A DNA stretch of 64,000 bases from an uncultured Candidatus Saccharibacteria bacterium (GCA_964446735.1 CAYUQB010000002.1:18516-82515), one strand, 5' to 3'; counted from the stretch's first letter, positions 18,269 to 28,352 are shown. Made by a program: numbers and translations. The notes: a model not told the origin generated them from the sequence alone.

Positions 18269-20416
18269 ATGAACACCGCCATGTTTACCCAGGCAGCCCG
18301 TTGGACTGCTCTTGCCGCTCTTTTTGTCATTCCGTTTATCCCACTGTATGTGGCAAATGACCTGTTTTTCCCCTTCATTACCGGGAAGGGATTCGCGTTT
18401 CGTATTCTCGTTGAACTAGCAGTTGCGGGGTATGTCATTCTTGCGTTGGTGAATCGGGCGTATCGTCCGAAGTTTTCCTGGATTTTCGTCGCTTATGGTG
18501 CCTTCATTGCATGGATGCTCGTTGCCGCTCTTGCGGGGACGAATCCCCACAAAGCCCTCTGGAGCAATTTCGAACGCATGGAAGGGTGGGTCATGCTCGC
18601 TCATGTATTTCTCTTTTTCCTAGTTTCGGGAGCAGTTCTCACTACGGATAAGCTCTGGCGTACCTGGTGGTTGACGTTCATTTCAGCTTCAGCCCTTGTT
18701 GCAGGGTATTGTGTGATTCAGTTGCTTGGTGGTGCACCTATTCATCAAGGTGGTGTACGCGTGGACGGGACCTTTGGAAACGCGGCGTACCTTGCTTCCT
18801 ATCTTCTTTTTGCAATCGCTATCTCACTCTGGCAGGCACTTGCCTCAAAGGGATGGCTTCGCTATGTCCTCTTCGCGCTCGCGTTCGTGCAAGTAGTTAT
18901 TGTCTTCTTCACCGCTACTCGCGGCGCTATCTTGGCATTGGTAGGAGCTGCACTCGTTGGCTCTTTGCTCTGGGCGTTTGAATCGGGAAAGAAAAGTCGG
19001 AAGATCGCACTGGCGGTAGTGGTGGGTATCGTGGTGATCGCAGGTACGTTCTTCCTTGCGAAGAGCACGCCATTCATTGCGAATGATCCTACGCTCTCTC
19101 GCATTGCTTCTATCGGACCTAAGGATCTTACGGTGCGCTTCACGCTCTGGAGCATGGCAGGGGAGGGAATTATGGAGCGACCCATTACGGGATGGGGCCA
19201 GGAAGGTTTCAATTACATCTTCAATGAGCACTACCGACCCTCGCTCTTTGCACAGGAGCCATGGTTCGACCGAGCGCACAATGTGTTTATCGATTGGCTT
19301 GTTGCCGGTGGTATTCCAGGATTCCTCCTGTTTCTTGCCACGTTCATGATGGCGATTTACGCACTGTATCGGGGAAATGCTCCCCGTGAAGAACGAGTGC
19401 TTCTACTTGCAGCGCTCGCCGCGTACGGCATTCAGGCGATGGTCGTATTCGATCATATCTTCACCTATGTACCGCTAGCGGCCATCCTCGCAACTGCGCA
19501 TGCCGCTTCTGCTCGACCGTGGAAGCGTGTCGAAGAAGCACCAACCATCAGTGAGTCGAATATCCAGATCGTGGCGCCGATCGTGCTCGCCGGAGTACTC
19601 GTGATTATGTGGTTCATCAACGTACCAAACATCGTTGCCGCGTCTTCCCTTGTTCGCGCAATTGGAATCTCCGGAAGCGACATCACGCAGAATGTTCTTC
19701 TCTTCCAAAAGGCTCTGAACCAAGGAAGCTTCGGCCAACAGGAAGTGCGGGAACAGCTCCTCATGTTTACGAATAACATTGCATTCGCGCAGGGTCACCC
19801 GTCACCTGCACTGACACAACTCCAAACCTACGCACTTGCTGAAATGGGTAAGGAGGTCGAATCGCAACCGAAGGATGCACGCTTGCGTCTTCAGTATGCG
19901 CTTGGATACCGTGTCGCGAGCGACTATCCCAATGCACTCAAGCAGATTGAGATAGCGCACGAGCTTTCCCCGAAGAAACAATCCATCTTGATTGAGCTCG
20001 GCTTCAATCACTGGCAGATGGGGCAGTACGAAAAGGCGCGCGACGCATTCCGGCAAGCATATGAGCTCGATCCTTCTTTCGACCAGCTGGCTCCGTATCG
20101 AGGAGCAGGTGATATCATTGCGGGCGATTTGGCAGGAGGAAAGGCGTTTCTTTCGGAGCGGCTTGGTACAACCACAAGCGTGAACGAAGCACTCATCCTT
20201 GCGTACTACCAGGCACGTGCATTCCCAGACCTGATCCGTTGCCTTGAAGAGCAGCTCCGCGCTCAGAATGGTGCAATGGATGCATATTTCAGGCTTGCGG
20301 CGGCGTACACCGCTGCGGGGAATCCAGTTCGTGCTCGTGCCATAGTCCAGGAGGGTCTCGCTAAGCATCCTGAAGCCGCTGCACAGGCTGCCGAGTTTCT
20401 CTCCCACGTGAAGTAA
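18269..20416 (+). CDS. O-antigen ligase (Wzy_C)-like polytopic membrane protein with C-terminal TPR repeats
   Basis: N-terminal 400 aa are about 10-12 TM helices with the FTATRGA / periplasmic-loop pattern of O-antigen ligase-like proteins. C-terminal 250 aa are TPR-like (AxxxYxxAL repeats). Confidence 0.55.
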   Translation: MNTAMFTQAARWTALAALFVIPFIPLYVANDLFFPFITGKGFAFRILVELAVAGYVILALVNRAYRPKFSWIFVAYGAFIAWMLVAALAGTNPHKALWSNFERMEGWVMLAHVFLFFLVSGAVLTTDKLWRTWWLTFISASALVAGYCVIQLLGGAPIHQGGVRVDGTFGNAAYLASYLLFAIAISLWQALASKGWLRYVLFALAFVQVVIVFFTATRGAILALVGAALVGSLLWAFESGKKSRKIALAVVVGIVVIAGTFFLAKSTPFIANDPTLSRIASIGPKDLTVRFTLWSMAGEGIMERPITGWGQEGFNYIFNEHYRPSLFAQEPWFDRAHNVFIDWLVAGGIPGFLLFLATFMMAIYALYRGNAPREERVLLLAALAAYGIQAMVVFDHIFTYVPLAAILATAHAASARPWKRVEEAPTISESNIQIVAPIVLAGVLVIMWFINVPNIVAASSLVRAIGISGSDITQNVLLFQKALNQGSFGQQEVREQLLMFTNNIAFAQGHPSPALTQLQTYALAEMGKEVESQPKDARLRLQYALGYRVASDYPNALKQIEIAHELSPKKQSILIELGFNHWQMGQYEKARDAFRQAYELDPSFDQLAPYRGAGDIIAGDLAGGKAFLSERLGTTTSVNEALILAYYQARAFPDLIRCLEEQLRAQNGAMDAYFRLAAAYTAAGNPVRARAIVQEGLAKHPEAAAQAAEFLSHVK

Positions 20417-21466
20417 ATGACGGTGCGGCAGGAGGTACCCCTTGCCCAACTAACTACCTTTAAGGTAGGTGGCCCCGCTCGGTTCGTGTGTGCAATCGAG
20501 TCGGAGACTGACCTCATATCCGCGCTCACGTTCGTCCGGGAGCAGAATCTACCTTTTGTAATCCTGGGTGAAGGAAGCAATATTCTCCCTCCTGATGAGG
20601 GGTATTCAGGCGTAATTCTTCTGATGCGGATTCCTGGCATAACGTTCGAGGATCAGGGCGAGTATGTCCGTGTTGCGGCTGGAGCCGGAGTTGTCTGGGA
20701 TGATCTGGTGTCTGCATGTGCTGACCGAGGTCTCTGGGGAATTGAGAACCTTGCCGGTATTCCAGGAACTGTCGGAGCTGCACCGGTACAAAATATTGGA
20801 GCATACGGTGCCGAAGTGAAGAACGTTATTGAAAAAGTCATCGCGTACGACGTACGCGAGAATCAGTACCGCACACTGCAAAATGCCGAGTGCGGATTTT
20901 CATACCGAGACAGTCGCTTCAAGCATGAACCACAGCTCATTATCGTGACTGTGACATTCCTCCTTGCTAAGACAGGAGTGCCGCAGGTCGAGTACAAAGA
21001 TCTGATTGCAGTGCGTGAGACGGGGGGGGATCTTTCTGCGCCTGGAGCCATTGGCTCAGCGGTACGGGAGATACGGGCACGGAAATTCCCAGATCTTAGA
21101 GAGTTCGGAACCGCAGGATCCTTTTTCAAGAATCCCATTCTCACTCAAGAGAAATACGATCAGCTTTCTGCTACCTATGCCGATATCGCAGGGCCCTTAG
21201 GCGGCATTCCACGGTATCCCATGCCTGGTGCAATCAAAATACCGCTCGCCTTTATTTTGGATAAGGTGCTTGGAATGCGTGGTCATCGTCGTGGCCCGAC
21301 ATTTCTTTTTGGTAATCAACCGCTGGTACTCGTTGCTGATCAAGAAGCAACCGCACGTGATATCGATGCACTTGCACGCGAAATTGAAATGCGAGTACAT
21401 GATGCAACGGGCATCACCATTGAACGTGAAGTGCGTAATCTTACATCACACGAGAGCACTGCGTAA
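20417..21466 (+). CDS. murB: UDP-N-acetylenolpyruvoylglucosamine reductase
   Basis: FAD-binding LTTFKVGGPARFV...ILGEGSNIL, NLAGIPGTVGAAPVQNIGAYG, and C-terminal MurB domain. Start ATG immediately after upstream TAA. Confidence 0.85.
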   Translation: MTVRQEVPLAQLTTFKVGGPARFVCAIESETDLISALTFVREQNLPFVILGEGSNILPPDEGYSGVILLMRIPGITFEDQGEYVRVAAGAGVVWDDLVSACADRGLWGIENLAGIPGTVGAAPVQNIGAYGAEVKNVIEKVIAYDVRENQYRTLQNAECGFSYRDSRFKHEPQLIIVTVTFLLAKTGVPQVEYKDLIAVRETGGDLSAPGAIGSAVREIRARKFPDLREFGTAGSFFKNPILTQEKYDQLSATYADIAGPLGGIPRYPMPGAIKIPLAFILDKVLGMRGHRRGPTFLFGNQPLVLVADQEATARDIDALAREIEMRVHDATGITIEREVRNLTSHESTA

Positions 21467-21636
21467 AATTCTTTGAAAGAATTTCTTTGTACGTTATCCA
21501 CACATTAAAAAAAATTCACACAAAAATAATTTTCGCGCGCAATAATATCCATAGAACACATTCGCGCGAAAAATTCTTTGCAGAAAATTTCGTACGAGTG
21601 GGTCGACAATATCAGTCATAGCACTACACTAAATCT
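21467..21636 (+). promoter_or_regulatory. AT-rich leader with palindromes (AATTCTTTGAAAGAATT; TTCGCGCGCAA/TTCGCGCGAAA) upstream of the micro-ORF/secA
   Basis: 170-bp roughly 30% GC stretch between murB and the lysine-rich micro-ORF. Perfect 17-bp palindrome at 21468-21484 and two related TTCGCGCG boxes. Confidence 0.3.
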
Positions 21637-21750
21637 ATGGCAGCAAAGAAGAAGGCCGCTAAGAAGTCGACAAAGCGCAAGACCGCAAAGAAGACGACGA
21701 AGAAGGCCGCAAAGAAGACCACCAAGCGCAAGACCGCAAAGCGCAAGTAA
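21637..21750 (+). CDS. 37-aa lysine-rich histone H1-like / nucleoid-associated small protein
   Basis: ATG 21637; encodes MAAKKKAAKKSTKRKTAKKTTKKAAKKTTKRKTAKRK (KKAA/TAKK repeats). Followed by a strong terminator. Not in the >=60-aa ORF track. Confidence 0.55.
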   Translation: MAAKKKAAKKSTKRKTAKKTTKKAAKKTTKRKTAKRK

Positions 21751-21764
21751 TCTTCAAAACGCGC

Positions 21765-21792
21765 AAAGCCTCCCCTCCGGGAGGCTTTTGCG
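21765..21792 (+). terminator. rho-independent terminator
   Basis: AAAGCCTCCC-CTCC-GGGAGGCTTT 10-bp GC-rich stem then TTTGCGTTAT. Confidence 0.7.
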
Positions 21793-21807
21793 TTATAGTG
21801 CCTATCT

Positions 21808-24333
21808 ATGGCCGGCCTACTCGGCAACCTATTTTCAAAGAACCAATCCGCAGCCTTTTTACGGGGTGCGGCTCCTGTCGTGTCTCGAGCGGGGGCACTC
21901 TCGGATGAGCTGGAGGCGCTTTCGGAGACCGAGCTGCGCGCACGACTCGATAGGGTTCGGGAGCGCACGGGTGGGCGCCCAAAGGCAGATGATGATATTG
22001 CAGAGGTGTTCGCAATTGTCCGCGAAGCTGCTCGGCGAACGCTCGGCGAACGGCATTACGATGTTCAGCTTATTGGCGGACTTGCGCTTGCAAAAGGAAG
22101 GATCGCCGAGATGCGCACCGGAGAAGGAAAGACCTTGGTTGCTACCTTGGCCGTTACCTTGCGGGCGCTTGCCCGGGAGGGAGTGCACGTGGTTACGGTG
22201 AACGACTATCTTGCACGACGCGACGGCGCATGGATGGGACAGGTGTACGGATATCTCGGGCTTTCACTGGGTGTCGTCACTTCGAGTGGTTCCTATATAT
22301 ACGATCCATCACATGTTCCGTCTGAAGAAGACAGCGCACGTGACGAGACGGGAAGTTTCAAGGTCTTCTATGATTACCTTCGTCCGGCATCAAAGCATGA
22401 AGCGTATGCCGCTGATATTACCTATGCGACGAATAACGAGCTTGGGTTCGACTACCTACGCGATAACACCGCGTATGATCCTTCTCAGATCGTTCAGCGT
22501 GGCCATCACTACGCTATTGTGGACGAGATCGACTCAATATTGATCGACGAGGCACGTACGCCACTTATCATTTCAGGACCTGCCGAGGATGCGGAGCAGC
22601 TCTACGAGCGGTTTGCGGGAATAGCCGCAACGCTTTCAGTTGGCGAGGACTACACTGTAGATGAAAAACAGAAGGCGGTGCAGCTTTCACCCATCGGTAT
22701 TGAAAAGGCAGAGCAGGCGCTTGGTATCGAGAATCTATATACCGAAGGTGGAATGAAGTACGCGCACCACCTCGAAACGGCGGTACGCGCCCAGGCGCTT
22801 TTCCATAAAGACAAAGAATACGTGGTGCGGGATGGTGAGATTTTGATTGTTGATGAATTCACGGGACGACTCCAGCCTGGGCGGCGCTGGAGCGAAGGAC
22901 TCCATCAAGCCATTGAGGCGAAAGAGGGAGTGCCGATTCAGAAGGAGACCCGCACGTACGCTTCAGTGACCTTCCAGAACTATTTCCGTATGTATGAAGG
23001 CCTCGCTGGTATGACGGGTACAGGTGTTTCTTCGGAAGAGGAATTCTATACCGTGTATGGTCTCGATGTGGTTGTGGTACCGACGAATCGCCCGGTGATG
23101 CGTATCGATCATGACGATCTCATTTTCCAGACCATTGGAGGTAAATATGCCGCACTCACTCGTGCCGTAGCAGCGCTCCATGAGAAAGGTCAACCAGTAC
23201 TGGTTGGCACTGTCTCCATTGAAGATAACGATGTCGTGTCCGAACATTTCCGAGCGGCAGGCATCCCGCATGAAGTATTGAACGCAAAGAATCATGAACG
23301 CGAGGGCGAGATCATTGCACAGGCGGGACGCGTTGGACGGGTGACTGTGGCCACCAACCTTGCTGGTCGTGGCGTCGACATTAAACTCGGTGGGGCACCG
23401 GTCGTAGCAGAGGAATATGAAAAGGTTAAGGCACGCGGCGGCCTTGCGGTTATCGGTACTGAGCGACACGAAGCGCGGCGCATTGATAACCAGCTACGCG
23501 GACGCTCTGGCCGACAAGGAGATCCCGGCGAGACCCAATTCTACGTCTCTTTGGAAGACAAGCTCATGCGTGTGTTCGCCAGCGACCTCATCAAGAACGT
23601 CATGGGCTCTTTCAAGATTCCTGAGGATGAGCCGATTGCAAGCGGACTCATCACGAGATCATTGGAAACCGCCCAAAAGCGCATCGAGGGATTCAATTTT
23701 GATTCTCGCAAACAAGTGCTTGCGTATGACGACGTACTCAATACCCAGCGTCTTGCAGTCTATCGCGACCGACGTACCGCACTTCTTGGTTCAGAAGAAG
23801 AGCTCACGGCTCGGGTTGAAGAGATGGTGGCTGGAGATCCTGAAGCCGAACAAGCACTGCGCGACAAACGTGATGCGTTCGGCCCAGAACAATTCGCACA
23901 AATCCTGCGCCGACTGCTCCTCCAAGTCACTGATACGTTCTGGCTTGAACACCTGGAGACGATGGAATATCTGCGACGCTCGGTATCACTTCGTGCATAT
24001 GGTCAACGTGATCCATTGATTGAATACCGTCGCGAAGGCCTCGCTCGATTCAATGGCATGCAAGAGGGTATTGCTGCAGCAGTCCGTGAGGCGTTGCCAC
24101 GCATTGTACCTGCAGACGATGCGCGCATCCGCGCGGAAGAAGAGCGAGTACGTCGCCAGCTGCTTGCGGCAACCGAGGGTGAGACCAGTTCGATACAGGC
24201 ACCTATCAAGAAAGAAGGGAAGGTGTACGGACGTAATGATGAGGTCACGATCCGGAAAGGCGAAGAGACTCAGACGCTCAAGTATAAAAAGGCTGAACCC
24301 TTGCTCGCGCAAGGCTGGTCCCTCATCGATTAG
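21808..24333 (+). CDS. secA: preprotein translocase ATPase SecA
   Basis: 841 aa. LIGGLALAKGRIAEMRTGEGKTLVATLA (DEAD-motor Walker A region), IVDEIDSILIDEARTPLIISG, GTERHEARRIDNQLRGRSGRQGDPG. Confidence 0.95.
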   Translation: MAGLLGNLFSKNQSAAFLRGAAPVVSRAGALSDELEALSETELRARLDRVRERTGGRPKADDDIAEVFAIVREAARRTLGERHYDVQLIGGLALAKGRIAEMRTGEGKTLVATLAVTLRALAREGVHVVTVNDYLARRDGAWMGQVYGYLGLSLGVVTSSGSYIYDPSHVPSEEDSARDETGSFKVFYDYLRPASKHEAYAADITYATNNELGFDYLRDNTAYDPSQIVQRGHHYAIVDEIDSILIDEARTPLIISGPAEDAEQLYERFAGIAATLSVGEDYTVDEKQKAVQLSPIGIEKAEQALGIENLYTEGGMKYAHHLETAVRAQALFHKDKEYVVRDGEILIVDEFTGRLQPGRRWSEGLHQAIEAKEGVPIQKETRTYASVTFQNYFRMYEGLAGMTGTGVSSEEEFYTVYGLDVVVVPTNRPVMRIDHDDLIFQTIGGKYAALTRAVAALHEKGQPVLVGTVSIEDNDVVSEHFRAAGIPHEVLNAKNHEREGEIIAQAGRVGRVTVATNLAGRGVDIKLGGAPVVAEEYEKVKARGGLAVIGTERHEARRIDNQLRGRSGRQGDPGETQFYVSLEDKLMRVFASDLIKNVMGSFKIPEDEPIASGLITRSLETAQKRIEGFNFDSRKQVLAYDDVLNTQRLAVYRDRRTALLGSEEELTARVEEMVAGDPEAEQALRDKRDAFGPEQFAQILRRLLLQVTDTFWLEHLETMEYLRRSVSLRAYGQRDPLIEYRREGLARFNGMQEGIAAAVREALPRIVPADDARIRAEEERVRRQLLAATEGETSSIQAPIKKEGKVYGRNDEVTIRKGEETQTLKYKKAEPLLAQGWSLID

Positions 24334-24352
24334 ATCAAATCGTCTTTGATCT
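24332..24352 (+). terminator. hairpin after secA (possible weak terminator/attenuator)
   Basis: AGATCAAA-TCGTC-TTTGATCT 8-bp stem; no strong T-tract. Confidence 0.3.
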
Positions 24353-24367
24353 GATATCTTCATCTAT

Positions 24368-25345
24368 ATGGCTCTTGTCGACCACATCACACTACATGCA
24401 CAAGCCGGTCGCGGCGGCGATGGTGTAGTGCGGTGGCTCCATATAAAAGGAAAGGAAAAAGGTGGACCAGCAGGTGGTGATGGAGGTCGCGGTGGTGATG
24501 CAGTACTCGAAGGCGTACGAGATCTTGCGGCGCTTGCTCAGTATCGCTTTTCCAAAAAGTTTCGTGCAGAGAAAGGTGAGAACGGAGGGAGTAACAACAA
24601 GCATGGTGCTGATGGTGCAGACGTGGTTCTCAGGGTTCCTGTCGGTACGGTTGCGCGTAACGTAAGCACCGGGGAGATCATCGAGATTCTTGAGGAAGGG
24701 CAGCGAGAAGTTGTCTTCCGAGGGGGAGCGGGTGGGTTCGGTAATGCTCACTTCAAAAGCTCTGTTAACCAGAATCCATTCGAGTCGCGCGAGGGAAAAC
24801 CGGGGCAGGGTGGGGATATCGAAATCAGCCTCAAGCTCATCGCCGACGTCGGTCTCGTGGGCTTTCCGAATGCTGGGAAGTCTTCGCTATTGAACGAACT
24901 TACGAATGCCCGATCGAAGGTCGCGAACTATGCCTTCACCACGCTCGATCCGCACCTCGGGGACTTTTATGGATACATCATTGCGGATATACCTGGTCTT
25001 ATTGAGGGAGCCTCGTCTGGCAAAGGACTTGGTTCTCGGTTCCTCAAGCACATAGAAAGGACCAAATTTATTGTGCATCTCGTCTCGGCTGAACAAGAAG
25101 ACCCCGCTTCGGCATATAGGGCAATACGGAACGAACTACATTCCTTTGGGCGAGGGCTTTCCGATAAGTCCGAGCTCGTGGTGCTTTCAAAAGTGGACCT
25201 GCTTTCGGTGGGGGAGAGGGAAAAGGCACTCTCAGCCCTTGCCGAGGCCTCTGGGCAGGAAGTCATACCGCTCTCCATCATCGACAGTGAGCTCGTGAAG
25301 AGCTTCTCAGACCGGCTGGCCAAAACCTTGTCTACCCCGAAATAG
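24368..25345 (+). CDS. obg: GTPase Obg/CgtA
   Basis: N-terminal Obg fold with Gly-rich GGDGGRGGD repeats. G-domain GFPNAGKSSLLNELT, DIPGLIEGAS. Confidence 0.9.
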   Translation: MALVDHITLHAQAGRGGDGVVRWLHIKGKEKGGPAGGDGGRGGDAVLEGVRDLAALAQYRFSKKFRAEKGENGGSNNKHGADGADVVLRVPVGTVARNVSTGEIIEILEEGQREVVFRGGAGGFGNAHFKSSVNQNPFESREGKPGQGGDIEISLKLIADVGLVGFPNAGKSSLLNELTNARSKVANYAFTTLDPHLGDFYGYIIADIPGLIEGASSGKGLGSRFLKHIERTKFIVHLVSAEQEDPASAYRAIRNELHSFGRGLSDKSELVVLSKVDLLSVGEREKALSALAEASGQEVIPLSIIDSELVKSFSDRLAKTLSTPK

Positions 25346-25377
25346 CCGCTTGCGTCCCTCCCCCTCGGGAGTGCAAG

Positions 25378-26787
25378 ATGGGGTCAATGAATGCAGTGTC
25401 TAAGTACGTCCCCACTATTGGTCTTGAGGTCCACGCCGAACTCGCAACGGCAACCAAGATGTTTTGTGACTCGGCCAATAACTCCGAGGAGACTCGTCCG
25501 AACGTAAACATCTGCCCAGTCTGTCTTGCGCATCCTGGGACACTCCCAACCATCAACCGTCGAGCGGTCGAACATGTCCTTCGAGTCGGAACGGCACTTG
25601 GGGCATCCATCGCTGATTACACAGAATTCGATCGCAAGAGTTATTTCTATCCGGATATTCCGAAGGGGTACCAGATCAGTCAGTACGAACATCCGCTCGT
25701 TTCAGGAGGAAGTCTTTGTAATGTCGCTATCACTCGAGTGCATCTTGAAGAAGACACCGCACGTTCCTCACATGCAGGTGGTACATCGCTCGTTGATTTC
25801 AATCGAGCAGGTGTTCCTCTCATGGAATTGGTCACAGAGCCAGTTATTCATGATGCAAAGACTGCAGGTGGTTTCGCTCGAGAGCTGCAACTGCTCCTGC
25901 GTACTCTCGGTGCATCTCATGCCAACCTCGAAAAAGGGGAGATGCGTATCGAAGCGAATGTGTCAGTTTCGAGTACGAGCGAATTTGGTACCAAGGTAGA
26001 AGTGAAGAATTTAAATTCGTTTCGTTCTGTTGAGCGTGCCATCGAATACGAGATCTCTCGACAGATCGAAGTTATCGAACAGGGGGGTGTGGTGTTGCAA
26101 GAAACACGAGGCTGGAATGAGGACACGCAGACTACCTTCAGTCAGCGGGTAAAGGAAGGTAGCGCTGACTACCGGTACTTTCCGGAACCCGATCTCCCAA
26201 AACTCATTTTGTCCGATCTGTCGGAATGGAATACGACATCGCTCGCGGCATCGATGCCTGAACTTCCTTGGGAACGTCGTGCTCGATATGAGGGTCTTGG
26301 TCTCACAAGTGACACGGCACAGACACTTGCGAGCGATGTCCTGCGTGCCGCATATTTCGATGCACTCCTCGCTCATATCGACACGGCACAAGCAAAAATC
26401 GCCGCTAATTATTTAGTTAATGATGTTGGCGAATCCGAACCTCCTTCGGTAGCGTCATTCGTGGAGCTAGTTCGCATGATTGCGACCGGAAAACTATCTT
26501 CGCGTGGTGCTAAGGATGTGCTCGTGGTGCTTCTCAAGGAGCCTGATGCTTCGGCTGATGCAATCGCACAGCGCGAGGGGTTGATACAGGAAAGTGATCC
26601 GGAAGCACTCCGAGAGGTCGTGAGGAACGTTCTTGCGGAGCATAAGGATGTTGCGGAGGAGTACCGGAGTGGCAAGGACAGTGTCCTGCAGTTTTTGATT
26701 GGTCAGGGAATGAAAGCGAGCAAGGGAGCAGGGAATCCCGCACTTATTCGCGAGCTCCTGATCGAGGAGCTTGGAGAGGAAGGCTAA
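25378..26787 (+). CDS. gatB: Asp-tRNA(Asn)/Glu-tRNA(Gln) amidotransferase subunit B
   Basis: YVPTIGLEVHAELATATKMFC...CPVCLAHPGTLP, and C-terminal YqeY-like domain. Start could alternatively be Met at 25390. Confidence 0.9.
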   Translation: MGSMNAVSKYVPTIGLEVHAELATATKMFCDSANNSEETRPNVNICPVCLAHPGTLPTINRRAVEHVLRVGTALGASIADYTEFDRKSYFYPDIPKGYQISQYEHPLVSGGSLCNVAITRVHLEEDTARSSHAGGTSLVDFNRAGVPLMELVTEPVIHDAKTAGGFARELQLLLRTLGASHANLEKGEMRIEANVSVSSTSEFGTKVEVKNLNSFRSVERAIEYEISRQIEVIEQGGVVLQETRGWNEDTQTTFSQRVKEGSADYRYFPEPDLPKLILSDLSEWNTTSLAASMPELPWERRARYEGLGLTSDTAQTLASDVLRAAYFDALLAHIDTAQAKIAANYLVNDVGESEPPSVASFVELVRMIATGKLSSRGAKDVLVVLLKEPDASADAIAQREGLIQESDPEALREVVRNVLAEHKDVAEEYRSGKDSVLQFLIGQGMKASKGAGNPALIRELLIEELGEEG

Positions 26788-26851
26788 CAGATTTTTTTGT
26801 CCCCATATGAACATCTATCCGAACCGAGACAAGATAGCTTACACTTAGGCC

Positions 26852-27658
26852 ATGGATGAACTTATTCTCGATGACAAGAAATATCTCTCGTCAAAGCGCG
26901 CCGCCCAAGTCACTGGCTACGCGAAGGATTATGTAGGGCAACTCTGCCGCGAGGGCCGCATCACTGCCCGCCTTGTAGGGCGAAATTGGTACGTTCTTGA
27001 GGACTCACTTCTAGAACATCGATTTGGTGCAGAAGAAGCAGAAGAGAAAACGCAAAAACCTCCAGAAAAAAAGGTCCAGGAAACCTGGGGAGCTCCACGA
27101 TATACAGCAGAAGCGCCAATCTTAGTCCCAGAAATCCCCATAAAACAGGTACAGGAACCCGTTCAGGACGTCGCAGAGTCCTCAAAGGTGCTCGTAGACA
27201 TGCAATCTGCCTGGCAAGAATGGTTTGATCAGCAGGGAAATGAGGAGAAGCTCCTTCCTGATGCGAGCCCGATGCTTCTGGAGGCCTCTGAAGAACCTGT
27301 TTCTTTGCCTGCACCGGAAGCTGAGGAGGAGGTTCCGGTACATATTGACCGTCACAGGGAGCCTCTACAGACCTCAGAGACTGTTGTTGAGCAGCAGCGG
27401 TATATTCCCGCAACGATAACGAAAAGCTACGTACAGCCAAAAATAAGACATACAGGGGATAGCTACGGGCGGGGAGGCACAATGCGAGAGAAGAGAGGGG
27501 GTGTTACGCCGCTTATCCGGGTAGCACTACTTACGATTAGCGGGTTGGCCGTTACGATAACGGTCATAGGAAGTGGTTTGAGTGACGTATATCTTCGGGA
27601 CATCGCAAGCTTGCCAATAACGAGCTTTTTTGCAGGCGTAAAAGACATTGAAAAATAA
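26852..27658 (+). CDS. bitopic membrane protein: N-terminal excisionase-like HTH (HTH_17-like) module, acidic/Pro-rich linker, single C-terminal TM helix; short paralog of the giant protein N-terminus
   Basis: Residues 10-55 (LSSKRAAQVTGYAKDYVGQLCREGRITARLVGRNWYVLEDSLLE) align with residues 12-57 of the 4,937-aa protein (GY..DY..LCREG.I....GR.W.V...SLE). TM helix LIRVALLTISGLAVTITVIGSGL near C-terminus. Confidence 0.55.
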   Translation: MDELILDDKKYLSSKRAAQVTGYAKDYVGQLCREGRITARLVGRNWYVLEDSLLEHRFGAEEAEEKTQKPPEKKVQETWGAPRYTAEAPILVPEIPIKQVQEPVQDVAESSKVLVDMQSAWQEWFDQQGNEEKLLPDASPMLLEASEEPVSLPAPEAEEEVPVHIDRHREPLQTSETVVEQQRYIPATITKSYVQPKIRHTGDSYGRGGTMREKRGGVTPLIRVALLTISGLAVTITVIGSGLSDVYLRDIASLPITSFFAGVKDIEK

Positions 27659-27659
27659 A

Positions 27660-27688
27660 CTGAACTCGTCTCGTTCAGACGAGTTCAG
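27660..27688 (+). terminator. hairpin terminator (12-bp stem)
   Basis: CTGAACTCGTCT-CGTTC-AGACGAGTTCAG immediately after stop of 26852..27658. Confidence 0.55.
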
Positions 27689-28352
27689 CATTTATGATAG
27701 ATATCATTCTGAATCATCTTGAACACCAGAGTGAAGTAGAGAATCTACGGATCTAAGGATTTAAATCGTGAATCTAGTGCCAAAGTAGGCTGATTTAGCG
27801 TATCTCGTCAGTAATCGCTCAGAGTTGCGCTTTTCTTACATGTGGCAAATATCTCTCTCCATGGCGCAAAAGTGCATCGAGGGATGTTAAGTCTGGCGGG
27901 AGCAGGCTTAGGATGCATCGGAATGATCGAACAGAAACATAAAGCCATGGAAAATATTGTGCGCACTTATAACGAAGAAAATACAAAGCATTTATTAGTC
28001 TTTTCGGATGTTCGAATTGCCGAGTCTACGATTTAATCAAGGCGTGTAATCTCTTGGGTAGCTCCTCATTTGAGCAGAAGTGCTCGTAATTTCGCAAGAA
28101 ATCCTTTTAGAAAATATACAAAAGCGCAAATTAGGATCTCAAAGCTTCTCCAAATCAAATATGTGCATCATTTGCGTCAATCTTTCGAGTCTAGAGCGCA
28201 TTTCTAGCCCTGTTCAGGCATATATTCGCTGTGGAGTTGGTGATTGAAAGATTAATTTCCATAGCGATCGAAATCAGTCGCCTGATTGAACTTTCTACGA
28301 AAAATTTCTTGAGAAAACTTTCATTATTTATCCACAAAGGAAAGCGCGTCAG

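Noticed and set aside
21578-22201. 207-aa + strand ORF (MQKISYEW..., Arg-rich) spanning the secA start
   Set aside because: Different frame from the SecA ORF, whose N-terminal motifs are unambiguous, and from the lysine-rich micro-ORF. Its Arg/Pro-rich low-complexity translation is typical of off-frame reading of a Lys/Ala-coding region.
27842-28036. 64-aa ORF in the long AT-rich region upstream of the giant gene
   Set aside because: No RBS-like sequence, no motif, embedded in a probable promoter region. Kept only as a remote possibility.
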